From Schmidtea polychroa (lineage: Eukaryota): DNA of 64,000 nt. Shown here in pieces: positions 53,501 through 64,000 of this stretch. Positions within the stretch are counted from its first letter, which is position 1, and the number at the start of each line of letters is the position of its first letter. Made by a program: the position numbers and the translations under genes. The notes under the pieces are model-generated. The model made no database searches. It was not told the DNA's origin and saw only the letters and a list, made by a program, of their open reading frames with translations. The stretch covers positions 49,602,001 through 49,666,000 of the forward strand of contig CM097885.1 of the NCBI GenBank assembly GCA_044892525.1, written 5' to 3'.

Positions 53501-56500
53501 TAAAGGGAAATAGTCAGTATTTAGCTATGAATTAATAATAGTTCCTGTGAAAATATATCGTTTTAGAGGTTTATTAGGTTGTGGTGAATGTTATTGCACA
53601 GTAATTTAGATTTATGTTTTAGAACCAGTTTTTTATTAATTATCCACTGTTTTATTAAGTCTTTTAGGGTTAATGATCAATTTACTTGGTTTTGACAATG
53701 AAATATTTGAAATCTTTAGAATTAATTGGGATTGATATCAAAGGCTATTGCTTTAAATTATTTTTATTTAAGAAGTTATTTTATTCATTTTGGGGATATC
53801 GTTGACAAAACTTGAGAAATATTGACTTAAAAGTTGGAAATCGACAACAGCTAAAGAAAATTGATATTTATTGAAGGAATTTTATGATTTTAATTAGATT
53901 TCTAGAAATTAAATCGGTTGAATATCAGTTAATCTATTGAAGGAATATTGTTATCGGATGGATAAGTGATATTTTGATAAATTACCTTTGCTAAATATTA
54001 TTTTAAATGACTAAAAAAGAGAAATTTAAGCAATATCCATAAATTGATCGCACAAAATATCCATGTTTTGGTAAAAGTTACTCAAAACTCCCTATTTAAA
54101 AATGTTAACCATATATTTCTCACAAAGATATATTACGTCTAATGATCATCTAATTAAATTAGAAAAGAATTGTAACCCTAAGCACCTTATTTGGTTAAAT
54201 GATAACCATATTTCTATTATGACTCCTTTAAATATTTTTGCCTCAAACAAATTTACTCCAAATGATAAAGAATTTAAAATTATCAATGAATAATGACCAT
54301 GTTTTTCTCATATTATTAACTATTGTAACGAACATTAGATGAATAAATTAATTTTTGCTTTAAATGACTACAAAGTTAACCAATAAATTAGTCGCTCGAC
54401 ATAAGTGTAAAGTTACATTTAAAATATTCACAAATTTCTGATTATCTTACCTAAGAATTTCTAAATGATTAATATTGCGACATATTGAATGTGACCAGTA
54501 CCCTTGCTACCATTACCCTTAGGAGGACAGAATATCTTGCCGGATAAACTCGGAGTATATGGTCTTCATTGATATATCAAAATACTGTTATTTATAAATC
54601 AACTAAAAAATACTATATTATTTTACTGAATGATACCGTAAATGTTTTTAATATACATATTTCTAAAATAAATCAACAGTTCAAACCAACAACATGTATG
54701 GATGACCACCCATTGTTAATTTATTTCCAGTGTCACGTCCCTCAAGAATACCGTGAGTGTTTTAACAAAACTGAGCTCAAAGAAACTTTCCAGATAACAA
54801 CTCACCTGAATGTTTTGAACAAAAATGAGCGAAATTGAGAACAAACGATTAGATGGCGATTAACTTCTGGCCACAACCCTAACAACATCAAAATTAAGAT
54901 TTTAATTATTGAATTCGTTGTTTTCTGCCTGGAAATACTAACAGAATATTTTTTAATTCAAAGAATCTTCATTATAAATTTTTGAATTTAAAAAATTAAA
55001 TTAAGGATATATTAAATTTACAATACATAAAATTATAATATTATATAAAATTATATAAAATTATACTATATAATAATATTAATGTTTAAATATGCTTAAA
55101 TAACTAAAGTGTTTAAATATGTTTAAATAACTAAATTTAAATTATTTAAATATAATTCTGATATAACGTTATTTCTTTCGTTTTAGTATCCATAAAGTAA
55201 GTAAATAAAGAATTTACTAAAATATTTTAATTATTTTACTTAGTAATGAAGAAAATGAATTATATGATTATGAAGAAGATGAACCAGACAAAATGGTGAA
55301 ACACTAAAAGACTTATGTTCTGGATTTAGAGATTTCTTATTAAAACATGAATTATTGGATTATGAAGAAGTTGAACCAGACAAAATGGTGAAACACTAAA
55401 GGAGTTATAGTTCCGGATTTCTTAAATGAATTAGCTGATTGGGGGTGTCCTTCAACATGAATTATCAGACTTAAATTATGTAAACTTTCAACAAATGTCA
55501 AGAAAAAATGGGAAAAATCGACGTTTTAGCAATTAAGTAAAGTACTCGTCATACCTGAAGAATATTATTATTAATGTAAGACATGAATTAATCTTTTAAA
55601 ATATATATATTATATTTAGGTATCTGTGTTTTATGTTGGGAAATGACATTGAAAAAGTATACCACAAATAACAGTTGCCTAATAGTCAGACAGAATTTAA
55701 TTTGTGACGATAAAATGTTAGATAATGTAAGTTAATTGCTTTTAAATCAATATAAATTTTAGCAATGATAGTGGACGCCGCATCAGAAACTAAGAAATAC
55801 GTCCAATTTGCAAGATGTATTCCATGAAATCACTATCAAATGGCCTGATGGAGATGATAATTTTGAGATAGATTACCAACAGAAGAGCGAGAAAAATTTG
55901 TAAATTAAATATAATAGGGTTGGGTGGGTCCTCTTTATCCCTTAATTAATATATATTTACAAGCTGATCGTCGTGGTGGGCGGTTGTAATCCAACTAGTG
56001 GGAGGCCTCTGTAAATATATATTTGTGTTAGTGAAAACATTAATTAATTTGGTTATAGTGCCAATGACGCATGTATTTTGAAATTATACGTTTCGAATGT
56101 GCTGGTAGTTGACTACCCATGCTAGGCGTAATGTTCCATACGGAAAACTATAATGCCCAGGTTCTTTTGACCCCACTTGGGGGAGGCACAGACGACCCTT
56201 GTGGACGCGAACAAATATCCACCGTGTCTTTCAGGCACAGATATTTGGTCACTGCTCATTAGGCCTGGCAATAATAAATGCATACACTTTGCCTTGTCCT
56301 CTCTTGTCTTTATTTTTATCGTTTAAATAGTGTGTGTGATAAGTTTTATTTACTAACCCTAATTAATATACCCTTGCGATATGTTGAGTGTGACCAGTAC
56401 CCTTGCTACCATTACCCATAGGGGGACAGAATATCTTGTCGGATAGACTAGGAGTATATACACCCATGTTAAACAAGGTATGTGTATATAGAATGTATGT

Positions 56501-56975
56501 GTAAAATTATCGCTCCTTATTGAAAATTTCATGTAAAGGCAAACACAGAATACTGCAAACATATAATAATACTCTACCCCATAACTTAGTGTGTAAAAAT
56601 TATTTAAGGTTTTTTCACTAATAATAATAATAATTATAATAATAATAATGATAATAATAAAGTTTAATGGGTTGTATATGTGTGTAAAAAATATTTGAGG
56701 TTTTCACTAATATTGATAATAATAATGGTTTATGAGTGTTTTTATGTTTTTGACTAATATTTGCAATAATAATAATGGTTAATGGGTTGTGTGTGTGTGT
56801 GTGTAGAAAATATTTTAGGTTTTCACTAATATTGATAATAATAATTGTTAATGGGTTGTGTGTGTGTAAAAAAAATTTTTAAGTTTTTGACTAGTATTTG
56901 CAATAATAATAATATTGATAATAATAATTGTTAATTGGTTGAGTGTGTGTTTTTATGTTTTTGACTAATATTTGC

Positions 56976-57074
<99 letters not shown>

Positions 57075-57190
57075 GTTTAATGGGTTGTATATGTGTGTAG
57101 AAGATATTTTAGGTTTTCACTAATATTGATACAAATAATTGTTAATGGGTCGTGTGTGTGTGTGTGTAAACCATATTTTAGATTTTTTTG

Positions 57191-57230
<40 letters not shown>

Positions 57231-57621
57231 TAATAATAATAATAATAATAATACTTTGAAATTGTATTTGAAAATAATTTGCGACATGTTGATTGTGAGC
57301 AGTACCTTTGTGACCATTACCCTTAGGGGGACAGAATATCTTGTCGGATAGACTAGGAGTATATATAATAATAATCATAATAATAATATTAATAATAATA
57401 ATAATATTGATTAAAACTTTGAAAATAATTCTTTGAAAATAATACTTTGAACAATATTTGATGTAAAAGTTCCTGAAATAATCATGAAAATGTTGAAAAT
57501 CGTGAAAATATTGAAAATGTAGAAAATTATGAAAATATTGATAATTATTAAAAAATGCAAATGATGAAAATGTTGAAAATCATGAAATTGATGTAGAAAT
57601 TAAGTTTTATGAATAATTGCA

Positions 57622-57666
<45 letters not shown>

Positions 57667-58585
57667 TTTGAAAATAACATCTTCCACACGGGCGTTAATA
57701 TTTTAAAAGAAAATATTGAAAATTAAAAAATAATAATATGTAATCAACGATTTAAACAAATTATATTATTACGTATTCGATAATTAAAACAAAAAATTAT
57801 ATAATCAATGATTTAAACAAATTATATAATCAACGATTTAAACAAAATTAAATTATTATATAATCGATAATTAAAACAAAATTATTAGTTCTAAAAATAA
57901 GAGGCATCGTTCTAAAAATATGACGTAATCATTCTAAAAATAAGAGGCACCATTCTAAAAATATTTGGCATCGTTCTAAAAATATTAGACATCGATTACG
58001 TAATAGTTCTAAAAATATTAGGCATCATTCTAAAAATATTAGGCATCGTTCTAAAAATATTAGACATCGTTCTAAAATTATGACGTAATCATTCTAAAAA
58101 TATTAGGCATCATTCTAGAAATATTAGGCATCGTTCTAAAAATAAGAGGCACCATTCTAAAAATATTAGACATCGTTCTCAAAATATTAGGCATCATTCT
58201 AAAAATTATTACGTAATCATTCTAAAAATATTAGACATCGTTGGGTGACTCATTGGGTGACTCATTCTCTTTGTTAATAATAATGATGATGATACCTTCT
58301 ATGGCTCATTCGAAAGGCCTTGGACTGAGCTTTAAGATGAGGTATCGGTCAATAAAATCTGTTAACGAGAACATTAATTTTTGGGATGAAAAAAAGTAGG
58401 GGCCCTCTGGATCACTTAATTTTAAAAAATTACGTAATAGTTCTAAAAATATTAGGCATTGGTTACGTAATAGTTCTAAAAATATGTGGCATCGTTCTAA
58501 AAAAATTTTTTTCCGGGGGGGGGGGTGGGGGGAGGGGTATGTGATCCAGAGGGCCCCTGATCTGGATGGCCCACATCATACTACT
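45708..58585. mobile_element. Non-autonomous giant foldback element with Polinton-type termini, 12,878 bp
   Basis: AGTAGT...ACTACT ends; 6-bp TSD GTGGTG at 45702-45707 and 58586-58591; inverted arms 45708-51931 and 52546-58585 around a 614-bp spacer; no recognisable genes. Confidence 0.93.
46264..46620 (+). repeat. Subterminal ~21-bp tandem repeat (AATATTTTTAGAACGATGCCT variants), mirrored at 57888-58242
   Basis: More than a dozen imperfect units, visible directly. Confidence 0.9.
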
Positions 58586-58591
58586 GTGGTG

Positions 58592-58740
58592 AAATTGAGA
58601 AAAGAAGTTCTCAAAATACTTTTTTACAATTACAAAAGATCTACAATGCTTCAACCCAGATTAAATGACTTGGCTATTCTTAATATAGAATCAAAAATAG
58701 CAAGACTTTTCAGATGTTTTTAATAAATTTGCAAGCAAGA
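58592..58740 (+). pseudogene. hAT dimerization-domain fragment
   Basis: YKRSTMLQPRLNDLAILNIE motif. Confidence 0.6.
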
Positions 58741-60280
58741 AAATCATTTTTATATAATTAAATAATTTTAAAAATCTATGTTCGTGATAATTTAAGTTTA
58801 AATGTATCATGGAATTTCATAATTAAAAAATAGGATAACTAAAACAAATGTTTTTTAAAAAATATGTCAGTTTGTAATTTGCAAAGAGTTTGTACTGACA
58901 AATTGCTAAGAAGATGAGACTACTACAAATAAGATGGCTCAGCTTTGGTAACCAGCCGAAGCTTGTCCTGTTAAAAGGATCCACCTGAAATAAAATACAC
59001 TAAGTCACCAAACGACAGTTCATGAAAATTTTTCATAGAGTCCAGTTTTTTTAAACAAATTAATACATTTTAGAAAAAAAAATTTAATTTTTTCCAGTAC
59101 AAAAACTGTTATCGATCTCGAAAAGTAGATGATTCCGTTATCAAATCTCGTCACTTTGATGAAGTATGGTAAAAAATGGAATATTTGCAGATTCACAAAA
59201 ACAATAAAATATAAAAATCCAGCTCTAAAAGGGTCGTGAGATACACCTAATGCCTCTCCAGCAAAAATTAATGTTTTTGAAATATTAAATTTCGACTCTG
59301 ATTTAAAGCTTAAAACACGATTACAAATTATTTAATTTTTTGCATTTAACAAGACTTTAATGTACAGTGGTCTTATTTGTGATGAAGTAATACAGTAATC
59401 CCCCTATAACCAGGTAGATTGGTTCCGCGTTATAGGAAAACGCGTTGTATAACGCGTTATGTACAAATGATTCACGTTTAACTTTTTTCGTTAAAGGGAT
59501 TTAAATCGAATATTAAGGAAAATCTATGTTATGGACGAAATATGTTCGTTTTATTAATGTGAGGTGTTTTCAGCTGAGAATTAAATATTTCAATGATTTA
59601 TTAAAATAATTTTAAAAGCATTTTTAAATTGAATTTTTTGAATTGAAATTTTAAAATTTTTAGATTAAAAGATTTTTTATTAGTAAATCATTTTTAAATA
59701 AATATATTTTAAATATTGAAATTTTAATAAATGGTTTTTAAAATATTTTATTCAACGCTGAAAATTTGTTTAGAAATTATACAATATTTCATTAAATAAA
59801 TACTTGGAATTATGACGTTAACTTTTGAACCGGATTTAAAAAATAATTTAGAAGATGTGTAATAATTTTCTAATAATTAAAATTAAACTAAGAACAGTTT
59901 AAATAAAAAAAGAGTTAATTTCAAATAAATTACATAATTCCAAAAAAGTTTTATTAGATGTTTATTCGCCGTCGGAGCTACCGTTATCTTTTTTTAATAG
60001 AATGTTCAAAAGTTTCACCTTTTGAATTTTTGTTATTTTCTTTACTTAAGGGCTTATCTTCTTGTTCGTCTGTAATAATTAATATTTCAATATCTAATGA
60101 TTCTTCGTTTTCTATTTTATGCTTTTTCTGCATTTTTACATATGTTGCAAGACATTATTGAAGATTTATTTTAAATTCGGTAGATCATTCCACTGAAGAA
60201 TCACAATTTTGTAACAAGTATTTCCAATTGTTTGTCCAGTTTTACTATTTTATTCAAGTTTTCTATACATAAATTTTTGT

Positions 60281-61670
60281 CTACTTCGTCAATAACCTGT
60301 ATTGAGCTTTCTTCTGCACAATCCTCCTGTTCTGAAAGCACTTTCGCCAGCCGAGCCGGGCAATGAAGACTGCATCTTTCTCAATAGAGTACTCCAAATA
60401 TGGTCTTCCATTATACCACACAGACGAAAATGAGCGTTCCCTTGAACCAAACGAAGTCTTTGGGAAATTTACATCAGTTGGCTGGCGTGGCATTTCTTCA
60501 CCCAGATCACATTTAGTAGATGACAGAGTCTTAGCAGGTGCACAAGAAGATGAGGACATCACTGCACTGTCACGGATACATGAAATAGCAGGTACAGATG
60601 AAGGACTAGCACAAGTTGAGGACATAGTAGCAGAGATACTATCACTGGATGAAGTGACTGAAGTCACAGAATTCTTTGGAATGACTTGGAAGAAATTCAT
60701 GATACTCTTTTGTGTCGACATGTTCTAATACGATGAAAATAATGTTTCAAAATATGATCAATTAACATGTCACTCTGCCATAGGAGTAAGTTGAGTATAA
60801 TGACATGTGATGTGCTCTCATTGGCCTATCTCTCTACCATCGTATAAAGACCACAATGCACCCACTCCGTGCTCTGACACTCAATCATGCCTCCATGCGT
60901 TGTTACTGCCTGTGAGGCAGGAAAGACAGACAGCACGCACCCTACCCACGCCACCGACTTCACATGCCAGTCTCTTCCAGTGAGGCAGATAGATGGAACA
61001 TCCTACCCCCGTCCATACTACATAAACCTCTACATGTGCAACTCATACACACCCATGTCAATGCATGTGTGCACGATAGCAATTTTTCTTTTATCAAACA
61101 TATTGAATGTAATGCAGTGATTCACATTAGAACAACTGTTGTCGACAACGTTTGGTATCGACAATTGTTGCGCTGTTAACATTTGGTGTTAAGCAATCCT
61201 GTGAGGCTAATATTTTAATTGTCCAGCACTACCCTTTAACGATTTGGGGAAATTTATAGACACACTCCGGGGTTCGAATTCCGTACACATCTGAGAAATT
61301 TCGCGACATGTAACATTGCTTTACTAATTTAAAAGACCTCACCACCCATTGAAAGTTTTGTTAGAGAATCTTTTTTAACTTAAGAAAATGATTAAGTCTC
61401 AGTTAATTAGGATACGAGAAAGTTTTTATTTAGTGAAATTTAAAACGATGCTCCGACTTTAATTATAAGGTTTCTTTAGGATTCGGCCCATTATATAGTG
61501 CTTATTAGATCATTTATGGTACATGAATAAATGTAATTGTTTATTTCATTTTCACCTTGAAGTAAAACCATCATTTTTTATTCATGTCCGTTTTTTTATT
61601 TGGGGGAGCCAGACTTGCGTTTGGGGGGGGGGCCGGGCCCTCCTGGGCCCCCCCCGACGGTACGGGCCTG
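60281..61670 (-). mobile_element. Truncated hAT element (ZMYM1-like transposase 5' part)
   Basis: ORF 60281-60721 contains FPKTSFGSRERSFSSVWYNGRPYLEYSIEKDAVF (start of a TTF-type zinc finger); GC-rich CAGGCCCGTACCG terminus at 61670. Confidence 0.7.
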
Positions 61671-61795
61671 TCAGACAGGAACGTTTGATAAATTTATCAA
61701 TTGTGTCAATTGAAAATGATTTGGTAAATTCTTTGAACTATGATAACATTATTGACGATTTTGCATCATCAAAAGCTCGCAAAGTTTATATTTAA
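61671..61795 (+). pseudogene. hAT transposase extreme C-terminal fragment
   Basis: QERLINLSIVSIENDLVNSLNYDNIIDDFASSKARK. Confidence 0.65.
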
Positions 61796-61826
61796 TAGAT
61801 TTGAATATTCTGGTTATATTATATAT

Positions 61827-64000
61827 CAGTGATGTCCAACACAGTCGCCACTCGCCACATGTGGCGAGTGGGCTATGTGCTTGTGGCGAATGTAGCATTT
61901 TTTTTATGTTTTATTTAATACTTCAATTCTATCCATAATACAAAGTTGTAACCAAAACATAAACAACGACAAATTTTTATTTTGTAATCTTACATGCTAA
62001 GAAATGCTCATGGCAGATCCTGGTGTGTCAAATTTACGTACACATAGTGTCATGTGATTGTTTATTATGAACTAAAATTTCGTTTTTAATTAATTTAGGT
62101 GTTTTCAAATAAACTAAAGTAATTTAAATGATTATTATTGTTATTTACCTGCATTGCTGTTGTTTACAATTGGGTTACAATGAAAAAAAAGGAGATAGCT
62201 CTACATTCTACAAAAAATATATTAATCTACCTCTTTCCTCTCATTATACTATGTAGCAACTCAGTCTGTAACCGTATACCTGTCGTATACCGAAAAACAC
62301 TATATTAGCGTTATGAATGTAATAGATGTAGACAGCAGTACTTTTCTGTAAATTTATATATAGACTGCTTTTTCCAACCAATGCACTATGTTCCAACTAA
62401 CATTACGTACGTACACATAGTGAGACAGTAGGATGTTTTAAGTATCTGCACTCTCATTCATATTTATTATTGTTTAAGTTAATTCCTAATTTATTATAAT
62501 TTTGTTACAAGTAGTAAACAGAAGAAAACAAAAAAAAATTTTTATGCCAAAATGTGCTTCTTATCTATTTGTGATTACACTTTATCTATTTGTGAAAACG
62601 CTTTTTTAAAATTTAAAAACAAATGACATTTTCATCAAAGTAGGCGTTTTTTTGGTTTGTTTTCCCGTTGTATGAATCCCATGTATTAGTCTCATGTTTG
62701 TTTTTGTTAAATAAACAACTAACGTGCGACTTTAAATATTACATATTATTCTTTTGAAATTATATTAAAATTATTTCACCGTAAAAAATGGATAAATATT
62801 TAAAACGACATTCCGATACTGATAGTTCAGCTAGGCAAGAAGAAGCAACTGGTTCAACTCAATTAGAACCCAAAAAAAAGAGATTGGAAAAAGGTTTGCC
62901 GCAAATTTAATGGTAAATGGGAACTAGAATTTGCTGTAATGGAACAAAACCAAAAAACTGTATGTATATTGTGTAACAAAACTTTTAATGACAATGAAGT
63001 GGACAGCATAAAAAAGCATTATCAACAAATGCATAGTGAATTTGATTGTAAGTTTCCTGTCGGCAAACAAGTTAGAACGAATGAAATAACTCACTTAAAG
63101 TCAATATTAGAAGGACAGCAATCTTTTTTTAAACGGTTTTTAACTACATCCGAACTTATTACTTTGGCTAGCTACAAAACGGCTTGGATTTTAGCTCAAT
63201 AAAGAAAACCTTTTTCGGATGGAGAACTAATCAAAGAGATTGTCCTGTCTATTATGGAAATTTTACTTGAAAATTATGAAGAACCTTTGAAGAAAGATAT
63301 AATGCAAAAAATAGAAAACATGCAATTGAGTCACCAAACTATTGCTCGTAGAATGCAAGACTTGATGAAAAACATCAATAAGCAATTGCTCCAACATTTG
63401 AAAAGTTGTATATGTTTTTCTTTAGCATTAGACGAGTCATGTGACATCCGAGACACTGCTCAGTTAATTTTTTGGATACGCCTGGTTTCAAAAGACTTGG
63501 AAATATATGAAGAAATGTTAACAATCCGTGGAATGAAAGACCGTACTAGAGGCGTAGATATTTTTGAAATTTTCAAAAGTGTCGCTGAAGACTTTCAATT
63601 AGATATGACGAAATTAGTTTCTGTCACAACAGATGGTGCTCCAGCGATGCTTGGACAAAAATCTGGATTTGTCGGTATTTTGAAACAACAAACACACGTA
63701 TGCTTGGTCGCTTCTTTCCACTGCATGATACATGTGGAAAATATATGTGCTCAATTATCTGGAACAGACATTTTGAAAAATATGATGGATTTAGTTGTTA
63801 AAGTTGTTAATTATATTCGTAGTAGTGCTACAAACCATCGTCAGTTTCTGGAGCTTTTAAAGGAAATTGAGGGCACTGAATTTAAAGATCTGCTATTTTT
63901 TACAAATGTTCGGTGGTTAAGTCGTGGTAAAGTTTTGGAACGATTTGTATCATTATTAAATCCCATCCGAAATTTCTTTAAAAAAAAGAAATGCTTATCA
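61827..64000 (+). mobile_element. hAT (Buster/Charlie/SPIN group) transposon with disrupted GTF2IRD2/SCAND3-like transposase, running off the window
   Basis: CAGTGATGTCCAAC terminus at 61827; ATG at 62788; frameshift near 62895; stop at 63200; motifs CILC...H, KPFSDGE, FSLALDESCD, VTTDGAPAM, HCMIH and RWLSRG. Confidence 0.9.

Noticed and set aside
49639..54838. Duplicated ORFs of 63 and 89 aa in the palindrome arms as real genes
   Set aside because: Short, no recognisable motifs, and duplicated only because of the inverted repeat.
45708..58585. Assembly fold-back artefact
   Set aside because: The arms carry independent SNPs and indels, there is a unique 614-bp spacer, and the ends are exact Polinton-type termini with a 6-bp TSD. 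Read-level confirmation is still advisable.
59393..59470. Tigger/pogo-like terminus TA-CAGTAATCCCCC
   Set aside because: No matching second TIR or transposase found in the window.

Overview
Very AT-rich eukaryotic (metazoan) genomic DNA with tiny introns and (TAA)n/(TA)n microsatellites. The style suggests a flatworm such as a planarian, but that is an inference. Bases 1-15.2 kb hold 3' exons (domain IV and C-terminal tail) of a T-type Cav3 calcium channel. Its introns contain an actin pseudogene, MITEs, a probable solo LTR and an inverted Penelope-type repeat carrying two minimal hammerhead ribozyme motifs. The rest is a dense transposon cluster: a decayed Gypsy element, a full-length piggyBac nested in a hAT relic, a complete 18.3-kb Polinton/Maverick (25751-44020, 6-bp TSD ATTATT), a second 12.9-kb element with Polinton-type ends that is almost entirely one giant palindrome (45708-58585, TSD GTGGTG), and hAT relics at the end. 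The Polinton is the most unusual object. Besides pPolB, integrase, ATPase, protease and capsid genes, it encodes a TATA-binding-protein homologue and an IAP-type RING protein. It also has short GT-AG introns in core genes and in several orphan genes, and a possible overprinted myristoylated ORF.
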